Assembly (NCBI RefSeq): GCF_001949145.1
Contig: NW_019091362.1
Coordinates: 2,549,838-2,613,837 of the forward strand
Length of the DNA: 64,000 nt
Source: Acanthaster planci
Lineage: Eukaryota
Direction: 5' to 3'
This document shows positions 14,342 to 28,924 of the stretch, one piece after another. Within the stretch, counting starts at the first letter, position 1. The number at the start of each line of letters is the position of its first letter. Position numbers and translations under genes: made by a program. Below the pieces are notes generated by a model. It saw nothing but the letters and a program-made list of their open reading frames with translations. It did not search any database and had not been told where the DNA came from.

Positions 14342-14923
14342 GGTAGTACACCACACACAACTGGCTTGTTAATTTAATTTGTCAGAACATGCTACATGAC
14401 ATGGCTGTGGAAAAAAAATGAAGCAGGACAAAAACCAAAACAGATCTATAGAATGTTGTGCCCTACAAAATCCAGTAACCAGAGAGCAGGATACATGTTT
14501 AAACAGAGCACCTACTACCCAACATCCATCACTGCCAATGTTGCACAGCGGTAAACCCGCATCAAAGTGCATCAACTTATTCCACCTCTTGATTACTGCA
14601 CATGCACATGGCAGACACCGCAGACACGCTTTTTTTTTTACTATTAACGAGCATATAGCCCTCTAGTGACTTCTTTTATTGCTTTTCCACCATGATGTAA
14701 AATTTGAAGGACACGCACAGCCGGCCTGATGGGAATGGAATGGATGAACTTGACAAATCACATTGTGAATAGCTCAGAATCTTGTAAGATACTGACTCCA
14801 AGTCTGAGTTAATCAACTCTATTCTACGGATGTACTTTCCGCAAGAAGTGAACCATGTTTGATGTAGGCCATTTGGCACTGTAATCCATTCCTGCATTAA
14901 GTTAGAAATTTAACCCTTTATAT

Positions 14924-15426
14924 AAGGGCTGTGCCGAATATCCAATATCCAAATATCTGAATATTCCACTGATTACTGAATATTTGAATTTCATTAACTG
15001 AATTTGAATGTTCGAATGCAAAATTCATGAAAAGGAAGGGAGAATTTTCTTTCGTTTTAAATGACAACAATTGTGCTATGAACGCTTGTTTCAAGCAGAT
15101 TCAAATGAAAAGCAACAGAAATCTTACAAAGATTCAGAAAGTATATTATTTATATAATGATTATTTAAAAGATGTAAAAGAAATAGAAATTTTCAACAGG
15201 AAAAGAAGTTCTGTTCGTCTCTTAAATCTAGCTGCATCATGCCTGGCGATACTCCTAGACGTGAGAAGCTATCATAGTGATTATAATGTATAATTGTATG
15301 CGCTATTGCAACTGATTTATATATGGTTTGTTCATTAACAATCTGCCGGTCGGTACGATCAAATATTGGGATATTTGATCAAATTGAATATTCGAATAGT
15401 GAATTATTCGAATTAACTCAGCCCTA
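14924..15426. mobile_element. Non-autonomous hAT (Ac-like) DNA transposon (503 bp)
   Basis: Perfect 8-bp TSD CTTTATAT at 14916-14923 and 15427-15434. Termini are AAGGGCTG...CAGCCCTA (TAGGGCTG-type TIR). Dense subterminal CGAATA/GAATATT motifs occur at both ends. No transposase ORF. Confidence 0.85.
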
Positions 15427-15978
15427 CTTTATATTACTCGCCATCAACTTCCATATTTAGTAGAGAGATGATTCAACAACAGAGTTTTGTCGAAAGAGGC
15501 CAAGGGGATAGAAAGGTAACCAATCGCTTGTAATAAAAGAAACCTTGAGCTGTTTGATATGAATTCCAACTGTTGGCTTCATTTGCAAGCTTTAAAGTAT
15601 TCCATAGTGGTCAATTTCAACGACGTATTGATTTGCTGACAAGGCTACGTAAAAACTCCATCCTGATACCAGTGAAGGCAGTGATGTGCCCTGATGATGC
15701 ATTGGGAGGCTGTGTGGGCTTTGCAGAATGACGCTTCTCGTCAATGGATCATAGCCAAGTTGCTGCGATACCCCAGGCTCAATTACGGCATCTAAATTTG
15801 CTGCTCAAACATCTTGTGTTGTCCCATCGTGGCAGTGCGTATGAATCCAGGTATGTGTCCACATTTTGCAAGCCGTACACGTATGTATCATCACCAAACA
15901 CATTAACTTCAGACCTTAAAGGCCAATCAAATTCCTATCAAGTGTGTTATTTTTTGTTTAAAGGCATCTTAAATGCTG

Positions 15979-16195
15979 CAGGGGCAAAACCAGGAATTTT
16001 TCCAGGGGGGGGGATGTCAGGCCGGGGTTTTCTTAATGTCTCATTTTTGCAGACAAGTGAAAACAATGATGAAACACTATACATGACTTACATTATTTAT
16101 AGTGGTATTGGTGCACTTCCATTTTGGGGGGGGTCTTTTTTTTGTCTCAGGGCAGGGGATTGTTTGGTCCCCCTTCCCCTGTGAATCCACACCTG
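15979..16195. mobile_element. Degenerate short MITE with CAGGGGCGGATCC-type termini
   Basis: Starts CAGGGGCAAAACCAGG followed by a G-run; ends with C-runs and GAATCCACACCTG. TIRs are imperfect and there is no clean TSD. Confidence 0.35.
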
Positions 16196-19100
16196 AAAGT
16201 GACCTGATGCTGCCATTGCAGTTGTAGACTTCACCATACCGCAGCATACAATTTGCAAATGAATTTGCCCGCTTAACTGTCTTGTCACAACGTGAACTGA
16301 CAATAGAACATAACTATGCTATAAATACAATTGTTTGCTACACTGAATCCAAAACCATGCACTACAGGCATACGCACGTGAAAGGCAACACTACAGGCTT
16401 GATATTAAACCTGTTTTTGAGTACTTAAACTAAATGTACGTACTTTGAAACTGGCTGACGTATCACTATCATCTATGGTATAACATTTCCACCATAATGC
16501 AAAATGTTAAATTTGAAACAGAACAAACCTGGTATTCTGAGTACTCCAGTCTCCCTCTTTACTTCTACTGTTCAAGATTGGGCTCCTCGAATGCAATTAT
16601 TCTTATGGTCATAGCCCCAAAGTTGCCAAAGTCTTCACCATGTGATGGTCCACTCACAATCAGCCTGCACTGCAGTGATTTGGTGGGTTCGCCACCAAGA
16701 CAAAGCCTGCATTGTGGTCCCTGTGGTTTTCCAACAACTCCCAAACAAGGGCCCATTTTTCTGGGAACAATAGATTAGCTGCAGTTCATTAGGTGACTAA
16801 TGCTGATCCTCAAGCCACAAGAAAAAGTACACAAACACCCAGGCAGAGGGCAGCCCTGGTTTGTTTATTTACTTCTGTGCAAGCGCTTTAAGGAGTAAAC
16901 CTGGCCCAAGGATTCGCAGTTCTTTTCTGTGCAGTCTGAATTCTGTTTTGTACCAAGAAAGCCTTTAGTTTCATGGTTTCAGGTATGGTGTCAAAATTTC
17001 TTCTTGAAGTGACAACTAAAGTTTCTACTGAGAAGGAAAAATGTGAGAACTAATTCAAGCATGTCCAGTGCTGATGAGCAGATTTTTCAGAACACATGAA
17101 ACATTTAAAAGTACATGTCATATTTTTCAAAAGTTACACTTTCATTATTCAAGTTTCAGTACTTGTCACATATCCAACTGCAAATATTTCTTTCTTGGCA
17201 ATCCGCCCCAAGCTGAAGTGCACCCCCAATCAGCAAAAGAAAGACAGGTGGTTACAAGCGGGTTCTTGCACACGTTCTGTGTGTACGCAAAGATCATACA
17301 AGCTGGAATATAAGTTAGTTATGCGTACTAAGCCTGCTCTGTGTCAAACCCGCATATACCTGCACGCCCGATGACGTGCCTATGCGGTGAGTACCCAAAA
17401 AACACGCCCTCTTTTGTTCCGCTCAGAGCGGATTTGGTAAAACTGACGGTAAAATGCCCATGAAAACTGTAACAATGGAGCTTGTCAAGAACGCGTAATT
17501 TGAAGAACAAAATATAATGCCAAAAATGTAAACAATTCCTGTGGGGTTGTGGGCACAAGTCCCACTTGGGTCAATCTATTTTGTTTCAAGCATACATTTT
17601 ACTCCCTCCAAAAGCAAAAAGACTTGAGAAATTAACATGTAATTTATGAACACCTATGTATCGTCCTGATGTTTGAAAGTAACAAAAATCCTTGAAAGGT
17701 GAAAGGAAAAAATATTACCTCCATGAATGTTTACTTTTCATTTAAAAAACACCACAGCATTAAGAAACCCTCCAAGGGAACTTCATAAAGAGCAAATCAC
17801 ACTGAGCCAAAGCCTAACAATGCCACTGACCCCCCAGTGTGAGGCCCACTTTAGTGGCCCTGGGCTGGGGGCTTAACAGTCTCAAATCCTTCCAACTGAT
17901 TTAACTCTCCTGATGACAATCACTGGGTGTGAAGTGTGCACAGACAGGTGTAAAGTCCAGGTGCCAGACCCATTATTGGTAGATAATTCCTCCAGCTCCA
18001 ACAATGCAAGTGCTAATCACAATGACTAAGCCTATAGCTTGACTGCTGAAGAATAGGTGATAATTGGACAATTAAATGCTGATATTTGGGATAAGATCAA
18101 AGGAGTGAAAACAAGTGAGCACAGAACCTCTGCTTAGCTATTAAAAAGGACAAGTACTGTACTGGTGTAAACAACAGAATATATGTACCAGTTTTGAGTT
18201 AACATGTTTCACTTGTTAGCCGAATAAAATCTGATAAGGGCTACCATCTGGTTAGCATGGGGCTTCTTCACTAGCACAATTGTGTAAGCGCAGAATCGTA
18301 ATCGTAAGTACATGTAGCAAAGCAATGAAATTGGAACCAACATGGTGCCCTGTGGTACGTATACGTATGATATATGCCACACTTGGAGAATTACATTTAA
18401 CAGGTTAATTTCACACTTCTAACCTCTTTTTAAACATGACTTTGAAGGTATAACATTAAAATCCGCCTCACTTTTTCTCTCTTTCCCATTTTTCTGCAGT
18501 TTGCAATCACCAAGCATAATGTTCAGGGCATCACAACCTAAAACCACAACCAGCAGTTTGCAGACAGAGATGCGTCTGGCTAGGGATTTCCACACCACTC
18601 GTTACAGCATATATCCACAGAGGTTTTTTTTCCCATAGTGAATGAACGGAGGACGTCTGAAGGAAAATTTAGAATTATTGTGGTCATGGTAACTAAACAA
18701 TAACCACTTCCAAAAATGTTCCAATCAAACTGACTTTATGAAATGTACATGTACTCGATAAAAAGTGAATTTACCTACGATACTGTTGAAGCCAAAATCA
18801 TCTTGGTATGATGCAATCAAAAAAGGTTACAACAACCATATTCGCATCACTAACTCCCCATAAAAAGCACTTTACTAGCACAATTTCTATGCAAAGGGAA
18901 TTATATTTTTACAGGCTAGGAAACTGCCGGTTCCAATCCAGGACGTACGTGTACAGCCTGGGTGATGCCAAATGTTGATTTGATGCTGCACTTTTCTTCC
19001 CTGCAAAGTGTCATGAATTCAGCACCCCCATTTTCATTCCTGTCCTCCCTTTGCCCCTCATTAGGGGCGGATGGGTCAGCCATCTATGCCTGTCAGGACC

Positions 19101-22100
19101 GGGAGCTTGAAGGATAGAGTGCTTAGGCAGGAACTAAATGCAAAACGTGGGCAGCGTGTGCTATGAACTAGATGGCGTGCTAATGGTCAGCAATGTAGAC
19201 TGACCATTAATCATGAAGAACCAGCCAGGGGAAACAGGCTGGAATCTTCATATCCCTTGAGGTAGATGCATCAGTTAGGATTATTCATGGATGGTCCCAC
19301 AGTGCAAAACCGATAGCATCCTGAAATGTGCACCAATCACTACCACAGATGAATCTGCTCACCCCCCCCCCAAAAAAAAAATTTGAACAAGTGTAGGCAA
19401 TGAGTTTTCCCAATATTTTTCTTGGCAAAGTAAGCATTTTGAAGAGAGATTCTTGAGTTTTCTGGTATTTGATTCGGCCTCAAGGGACCCACAACTGTCA
19501 GCCTGCATGTACATGTGTGCAGTGCACCAGGGAGTAGGCTGTGAGCGGGGATTGTAGAATCCTGTGTGGAGAGATGCAGGTTCAGAAATGCATGAATGGT
19601 TAACAAAGTGGACTAGAAATGGCAAACAAAACAGACAAGGTACTTGTCATTTCATTCACCTCAGGTGCCTTGCCAAAGAACTATGTGCATAAGTTGTTTT
19701 CAATCATTAAAAAGAATACATGTACAGAGTTGATACACATTTCTGATGAGTACAGATGTCAGTATACCTGTGGATGTGCACTATGTCCGGAGAATTAGCA
19801 AAACAGTTGTATTCGAATTGTTGTGCTTGGCGACCTTGATGTTGAATAAAAAGCTCTGAAATGAAAGATGTCTCAACAAGCACTCCACAAACTCTATGCA
19901 AACTTAACACAAATACATCTCCATCCTTTAAAAGCCCTTTCAAGTAAAATATCCCACAAGGTTAGCGCACGTGCGCGTATTTACAATTGCCTCATCACCA
20001 AAAATGTACACGGCATTGTACAGCGCTAATTTCCTGTGTCTGGGCATTAAGCAAAGATCAGGGACAAAACGGCTACGACCAGACAGGAAATTAACCGGGA
20101 CAACTGGGAAGGAAGTTTTCCAAACTGGATGTTGACCTTCACGGGGGTGTCTGGAGGAAAATTAAGGGAGAGCAGCCGAGAGGGGAATATGACAGAGACG
20201 GATTGCTTGGAATATCTGGAGTGGGGGGGGGGAACATGCCCTTGCTGGGTCTGCAGGCTGGAGAATTTCAAGTGGGTGAAGAGAAACAGCAGTTGGAAGG
20301 CCCTTCAAGAGGGGAGATGCATGGGTGCGCATGACAGGACAGGGATGGCTCAACTTTGGAAGCAACACCGGACATCAATTATTGGGACGAAGCTGACTTA
20401 TCAATCTTGGCAATAAAACTTGAAGGTTGTAACATGGGACTTTAAATTCAGACATTAAGTTCAAAGTTCACAGCAGCATCACATAGGTTCGTTTAGTGAG
20501 TGTTTTATGGTTCTGAGGCAAACGGGTAAACTGAACATTTAAAAACATGCTCCAACAACATTTTTAATAACCCAACAACAAGTCCATTGTTCATGAGTAT
20601 GTTGAACACCTACAAGATTCAAATGGACATGGTTATAGATGATTTTGCATGATCTTTTTTGGAGAAGTCAGGTAGTTTAAAAAATCCATGCTTTGCATAC
20701 GTGTACATGTAATTTGTAACTTCTCAGGAAAAGCTTTCCAGATTCTGGGTCTTTGAAATACATCTGAACAATAATTCATTCTGTTCTCTGTGCACCTTTA
20801 AAATAATCAACATGTACCAAGAAGTACTGTTCAAACAAGAATAGGCCAATTAGGTGAAATGCGGTGGACCAGTGATGAAATACTGAGATGGGGAAACTGT
20901 TAGATGACAAGGTGATGAGTGAAATGATGAAAAGGAAAAGTGAAGGAAAGAAGAGCTAAAGAAGAAAGTGACCAAAAGAAAAGTGGGAAAGCTTTCATTT
21001 TTTTAACTGAAAGAGACTTTCTGAGAGAAGAAAAACCTCGATTGCACACTTGATAAATGATGCATGCCAAGGAAAGCCAAACTGTGGGTACAGTTTTGGC
21101 AGATCGGACCAGTGGATTATTCAGCGTGCTTCATGGCATGGAGTGTACATACCTTCACACAAAAATAAGTCAGTATCACATCCGTATGCAAGGCATCGAG
21201 CACTGACAAACATAAGACTTTTGCTGAAGGAGTGGTACATGGCATTTTAACTAGCTCAGGGGGGGGAGTCTTGGGGGATCTCCAGTTTCAAATTGCCTTT
21301 GGATTGCTCAAGGGAGAAGAGCCTATTTTTTTTTTCTCTCTTCTCTCTTTCCCTGTCCTTCTCCTAATAAAAGAAAAAAATCCCTGGGGTGTGGGGGAAA
21401 AGTGATGAGAAATGGGAACGCGCGTAATTTGGTTGGTGCTGGAGCTGGGATCTGGCGAGGAAAGTGGCACGCATGCACGCACACAATGCGCAAAAAAAAA
21501 AAAAAAATCCAGCGACTGGAAATGTCCGTTGGGTCATGATTAGCAAGAGGTGTGATTCTAGACAGATGGGGCAAGTGACTAGGCCTTAATCCTTCAAATC
21601 AATACCTCGAAATTATGCAACTCTACTGAAAGAGGGATAAAGGATCTGTCCCAAGTCTTATAGTGGGCACACACCAGGATACATAAGTAGATTATAGAGA
21701 CCAGACACACGGTGAATTGCTCTCCGCACATATGGAATTCAACTTATGTAAACATAAGCCACAGTATTTCATACACCTTTTTAATATGGGTGGGAATGAA
21801 CATGATAAATGTTTAGAACGACTTTCTCACACCGTTTTACCATTTAGCCAACACTTTACAGAGGCTCGCTGCCATTTACCTTAATACATGTAGTTCGCCA
21901 ACGAAGCACACGATCAGCCCAATTTATAAATGAAGATAGACGTTAAGGAGCATTCAAAATAACCAATTTTTCTTTTTCACTATGCAACTGCACGAAATAC
22001 TTTGATTGGGACTGTTTATAAATGAACACCAGACCATTTCAATCAAATGTCAAACCAAGAAAAATGGGTTCCATCTAAACGTTTGGTAAAATCTGTAGAG

Positions 22101-25100
22101 GTTTCCAGAACTTTTTTGTTCAAACTCTAAATGTCATACCCTTGCATTTCATGCTAATGAAGGCAATCGTCTGGGTAACTGATTGTTTCCAACATACCCA
22201 CCAGGGTACATGCGCAGTGGAATTTGGAACCAAAATAGCTTCAAACCTGAAGTTGTCACAATTCTACACATCAACAAGAAGTACAAGTTTGTCCAGCTCT
22301 TGTAATTCGCTGTGCAATACCCCCCTCTTGCCATGGGGTTACTCCTTGCCATCTTTAGTATGTGGGCCTGGCTAATATTTATTAAGGATGGAAACCAATG
22401 GACCCAGAAGGCCAAGACCAAAACTGGTTGCCATGCAAGACATTGCTGCAAATGTGCACTCTCATTAACATGCATGTAGCTGCATTTTTACCTTGTTCTT
22501 TGCATTTTGTTCACAGAGGAAGAGCCTGTACATAGAGTCCATTTGAAGAAGTTTGTATCTGTCTTGTGGGAAGGAGGGGTGTTGCCCTGCAAAGTCAGCG
22601 CTGTCTGTGGGTATACACATGTACGCTCTTTTAGTCAACCACAATTTGTCAAAATCACCAGAGTTCAGTGGCACTCGTGACACAATGCTTGAAAAATTTA
22701 TCGGCAAGAATGTTATTGCCTGTCTTTCTGTAAACCATCGGAGGAACACCACAGAAGTAAAGCTGTGATTTGGTCATTTTCAATTTCGTTTTTAATCACC
22801 GTCCTCCCAGCTCACTTCTTCTGCGCCACCAAAATTACGAGGAGCATCACTTATTCCCCCTCCCTTTGATGGGTCCCAGGGTGATAAAGCTGTCAACGTA
22901 ATGCCATCCCCTACCGATTATTATCACTCCTGCATCTGGCCCACCATGATTATCAAGGGTAACAAATCACTGTAGAAATGAATTCGACTCGCGCTTCTGC
23001 CAAATATTTCAAACACACCCCCAAAAATGATGTTTTAAAGACACAGCTTGGATTTTTGTCTGATGAGACCAATAGTACATTGCTAGCGAGTGATGCAACT
23101 GTAATTTGCCACCTGTGTTTAACAATCAGAAGCTGTTCCATATTTAGCGATATCACGTCAAGGATTAGTAATAAGCACCTTTCAGCAACTCAGATTTCCA
23201 CAAGCCACTTTCAATTTTTTTTTTAATCACTGTAGCCAGGTGTAGCTTTCATCACACTGCGTTCAAGGCAATTCATTTCGGGCACTTGGAAGTATTTCTA
23301 ATTTCACTGTAAAAACCGTAGAAAAATACAAATATTTATGAAAAGAAGTTGTCAACTTCAGCAATCACAATACAGCAAAAAAGTTAGGAAATCCGAACTG
23401 TGAAACTTCATCAGCAATTATTTCGAAGTTAAAAACGACTGTAACAAAGACGTCTTCAACAATTTATTGTTCATCAATCCTTTTCCACGTAGGCCTAATG
23501 ACACCCTATTCTCTATAATTCCAATGGCATTAATCTTTTGAATTCTGGGCCACATCGTCTCCCATAAGAAAAGACAAATTTTCATGGCTTGACTCTATCA
23601 TGTAACATTCCCTCAAATTCTTTTAACATTCCTATGGACTCCGATAGGTTTTCCCAAAATTATAATACATATCATCTTCCCCACATGGTCTAAAAAGACA
23701 AAATCTCTGAGATCGAGAGTGGGTCGGTCGGTGGGTAGCTTGTAAACTGCCCCTGGCACAGGAGGGCCAGATAATCTGGGTCAACAACTGCACGATGCAG
23801 TGGGCCAGAATACAGGTCTCGCGCTGTGGCACAGATACAGCGCGACAATACGTGACCAGGCCAAATCCACTGTATTAGGCGTCGCTACTCGCACTCGTTG
23901 TGCACGCCCCCAGATAAACATCTTTTTTATTCCGGTCCCAGCCTTCAGCGCAAACTCAACATGTAATGTGCTTCTCCATTTTTAAAATATTTTTTTACTT
24001 TTTCAATTACCAGCATTTGTTTATGGTGACGACACCATTATTTTTCTCAGGGGTACCCTTGGGAGGCAAGGAGAAGACTGTACCAAAATGTACAAAGACA
24101 ATGACATAACATCATCAATAATGCCAAACTGGTTCTATGGACAACTCCATCTGATGGTGCAAAAGTAACAAATGCACTTAGGGCGGGACTTGAATGCCAT
24201 TTCAAGTTATCCATTACACATCGGAACAAGGAATAGAGGTTTTTTTTTTACATAGCAACGGTGTCCCCTGGCAGGAAAGAGACAGCATGCAAAGACACAA
24301 ACATAAGATGATAAAAGATATCTGCAATTTTGCCAATTTCCAAAAGGCACTGGAAGTTTAAAAAGATGGAAGAAGGCTTGACATTCTCCAGCACAAGAGA
24401 AGGGTGATTCATAATTAATATATTTGTATGGATATTTGTTCATGTCCCAGCAGTTTCACTCTGGGCACATTAAAGGCTAAAATGTAACTTTTGAGTGGCT
24501 TGGCTGATTCTTTTTTCTTTTTTACCTTTTTATCAATATTTATTTACTTATTTCTACCAATCACTCCCCTCCCCAAGTATTTGTATTCCTCAAGTAGGCA
24601 ACATAACACACACAACAATTCCCCAAAACGACTATCACAAACCCCTCTTCCTCCATATGACATTCCACATATGCATTCTTAAAAGCTGCTTCCCCTCCCC
24701 TTATCAAAATGATCAACTGCACTCCCATGACATACATGCAGGCTACTGAAATCCACCTTTCACTTTTTCCTTTCTTCAAGACACCCTCTCCCAAAAAGAG
24801 GAAGATAGTGAATGGAATACCGGAGGAAAAAGCTAGAAGACAAATGGAGTGGGGAAAACAAGAGGCAGATCGATGGCCGTGCTCCCCAGGAATAGGTCTT
24901 GGTGGCCCCTGGGCAGCTTAAACCTCCTCCAAGGACCAGGCAATCCATTTAGGAATTCTCAGACCCCGCATGACACAGACCGGCATCTCATAGGAGTTCA
25001 CTGACTGCCACAGAGCAAGAAAACATACCCCTTCCCTCCACGCTAGATGCATCAGTCGTATTCCCCCCAACACAGGAATTTCATTTAACCCAAAGGTACT

Positions 25101-28100
25101 AAGTGAAAGATGAGCCGGGGTTGTTGTGGTGCAGGTATCGGCTTTGATAATCCAGCATCACGAACTTCATGTAGTCCATACCACATTAAATAACATTATG
25201 AAAAAGCCCGTACTAAATACAGAAGCACAATTTTTTTGCTTGATTTTGCAGATGAACAACTCTCTCTAGGTAATGCCACTACTGCGAGGCAAAATCTACT
25301 TACCTAAGTACAACAAAGAACAAGATAAGTGCTCAACATTTATTCTGCGGAAAGGACATCAATAATTGACAAGTTGCGGCATTTTGTAGCTGTAGGTTTT
25401 TATAATTCAATATAAACTTAAAATAGAAAGAAGAAAGTGGTGTGAACAATTCACTGCAGGCAGCATCCCTCTGTTGGAGGAGATTATTCATTCTTCCCTT
25501 TGATGCTTCACGCCTTTAATGTCCAAATGACTGATGCTTTATTGTAAACATTCTCTGCACTGGGGCCCTTGCATGAGTGAGCGTCTACATGACGGAATTT
25601 AAGAAGTCCCTTTGAATGCTTGCCATTCGCAGATGAGAAAATCTCCAATGAAGTGCCACATGGAAAATATGTTGTCGATTTCCACAGAATAAAATTTTTG
25701 TAAGGCTTTACTGGGAAATCAACACACTCGGACACGCTACATACCAGTATCAGAATCTAACTACCGGTAGAAGACTTTTGCCAGAACTGGGATTAAAAAA
25801 GGGTTGAAGGGGTTGATTTATTGGCACAAATTCTAGAATCACACACATGCTACTCTATGAGGGTTTTCATAACAGAAACTGCGACTGTTTTGGAGACAAA
25901 ATGGACATGATAACCACTCTTCTCTGCTCTTTACAGATTCGAACAACTCGTCTCAAAATGTCCTTTTCAAGATAGATGCCAAAAGCAATCTTCTCCGTCC
26001 CTCTCTGACAACCTCTGTCGTTCCTCCTCCACACCAGACCACTCCTTAATCAACATAAAAATAAAGCAATCACAGAATACTTGTGTTGCCAGTGTACAGA
26101 ACACAATTTCATGGGGTCAAAAAAGAATTTTCCTGAAAACTTGCTCTGGGGCTATTAAACGTTGGTACCAATAAACGAAGAAATACTATGCCTCACTCTG
26201 ACAGTGATGGGCGCCAGTTTATAAACAATGTATGCATACGTTATGAACTTCCCCACGTGCCGTGAAAGCAACATCGGGAGAAACACTTCCCCCCCCCATT
26301 CCACTACAAAGAGGTTGCCGACCAGCAAATTGTGCTTTAGTCATCACTGGATCTAAATGAAAAAGCCATATTATCCCTGTAATGATGACCGTGCCGCTGA
26401 CAGTGGACTCTCTTTGTCTGCGCTGCGGCAGACGGCGTAACCGCTGCCCTGTGGACACTCGCTATTGTCGCCTCAAAGGTCAATGGAGGTCGACTGAATA
26501 CAATTCAACCCTTTGCCAATGTATGACATCGGAGGGATTTGTGCAGCACAACCTTATGAATGGCATTAATTTTATACACTTTGAACAGCAAGATGTCACA
26601 AAATTAATCAAGGCGACGGGACGTCGGCATTGCATTTGTTGATTCATGGAGCAGAATGGACTCTGAGCAAGGCATTTTTTGCTGTTTTTTAATGGTGCAT
26701 GCTTCAAGCAGAGTAAACGCAATATCTGTGGATGAGAATAGTCTCAAGGTCTTAAGGTCTCTGGAGTGCCTTGTTAATTTCATTATCTTCCTGGTCTTCC
26801 CGATTGCTTTGGCCTTGCAGAGTGTTGGGAGGATTTTTTCAGAGAGTTAAGCTTAACTGTATCCAACGTTCCACAGCTGAGGGAAAAATTATGGAAATTA
26901 ACCAAACGGCAAAGGAAAGCAAAGATTGTTTCTATATTCTAACAACCAACAGAAACAAGAGAACAGGAATTGATATTCCAAACAGCACACTAAAAAAGAA
27001 ACTCATGCATTACAAGAGAATCCTTAAACACAAAATCACCACTGAGAAAAGTCACCTTCATCCCACAATTTTTCTGAATGTTTACAAATAAGGTTTCCAG
27101 TATCAAATCAGTGAGAGGAAGGCAATTTTTTCCATTACAAAACTGCAACAGACGGTCAAACTGCAAGGCCATATGACACAGTCACAGAATTTATTATTGT
27201 TGGAAATATCTGGAATTTAATTTTGGCAAGATGTGAAAAATCCAAAGCCAATTCCGGAGCATGATGGGGGCGACACTGGGTTTGGAGGACGCTTGCGTTG
27301 GATAAATACGACTCAGGCCCGCAACTGAGTTATCCCCATCACAAATAAACACTGCAACCCGTCCATCCAAATAAACTCCAGGCAATTTCACGCAAATGTG
27401 TATATACCAAGGATCGCATCGGAATGTCAGCGTGGGCTGGTGTATTTCGGTTACACCTCCACAGTCCGCCAGTTTACGGGTTCCAACTGCTTCATAGATG
27501 TAATATTGAATTCCTACCTTGATAAATTCCAGAATGCAGGTACTGCACAGATAACCAGAGAAGATCATTGTTTAATATCTTGTACCCAGTATTAAAAAAT
27601 CAAACTTGAGGTATGCTTTATGATCTTTCCTCATAACTTATCAATCTTGCCTCCCTGGATATCCTTGCTAGCATGCTTCCCTCCTTCCTCTTTCCTTAAT
27701 CCTTAAAAAAAACACAACACTAAGCAGGAACCAAAGGGAATACCGGTATTTTCTGAGCTTTCAAGCGATGTCAAGAGCCACACACAGAGACACTGACCAA
27801 GCTCTACCTTCGTCAGTCCTGCAAAAATCTCGCCCAACTTCCACGTGAAGTTTTTATGAATCTGGCAGGGCTGGGCTGAATCTGTTCATCCAGATCAATA
27901 AATGTCTGATTTCTGAACCAGGAACAAATGAATAAATATAGTACTGCCAGCCACAAAAGTAGAGTCTTCAAAATATTGAGTAGGAGCGTGCCACACACAG
28001 CATGCCATCAATTTTGAGTTCAATTCGTGTTTCATGGATCATATACAAGTACAATGTACCAACTGCATAAACATCACAGAATACCAATGTATTTATTAAA

Positions 28101-28403
28101 GAGTAGGAATGCAAATCTCATTGAAGAAATGCCGAGAGCTACGGGAAAGAATGATAAATTAAACCATCCCCCCCCCAACTCCACCAATATACTCACTGCA
28201 CTCAGACTTGGGACACTTGGCCTCCCAAATAGCCTCATTTATATACAACTGTCATACGCATGTTGCCCTCAGAGTCCGTTTGGGCATTTATGGAGGAGAG
28301 GACAGATAATACCAGACTATCACCGGTAAAGGAAAAAAAACGATTTCTTCCTTTCAACGAAAGGTCGTACCAACATGATCTTGTCAACATGTCTGTGCGT
28401 GAG

Positions 28404-28551
28404 CAGGTTTCAACCCACATTGAAAAATAGGGTGTCCCAGTTTTCTTTAATTTAAAAAAGTATACTTTTCAAGCATTTACACAGTGGATTTGGGAATCCA
28501 AAGTCCAAAAAGTACCCCAGAGACCCCCTCCCCCAGAACTATAGAACCCTG
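28404..28551. mobile_element. Possible degenerate short MITE with CAGGGTT-type termini
   Basis: Starts CAGGTTTC and ends TAGAACCCTG. Flanking 8-mers TGCGTGAG and GGTGCAAG could be a CpG-decayed TSD, but match only 4/8. Confidence 0.25.
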
Positions 28552-28924
28552 GGTGCAAGTACCCACCCCGTGTACCTGCTACAGTTTATGAGATGTGACT
28601 TGATTACTTACGTGGCACATTATGTTGGAGGACTTGTGTTCCGTATGTATGCACCAAATCAGATCTGTACTATTGATTTTGTTCAACTGGCATTGGGATC
28701 AGCCGTGCCACGTTTTGGTCTCTTTGTCTCAATGAAGACAGAAGGATTATGCCCAGGCACACGTAAAGCATGGATTCCCTAGCTATAATTTTTTTCAGGG
28801 AAAAATATAAAATTGAATTTAAAATGCTCTCCAGGAATCATTGAAAAGCACCTGAACAGTCTACTGATTTTTAAAACCTCATGTAATAAATAATTAGTAT
28901 CCCCAAAGCTTGTTTATTTCAAGC

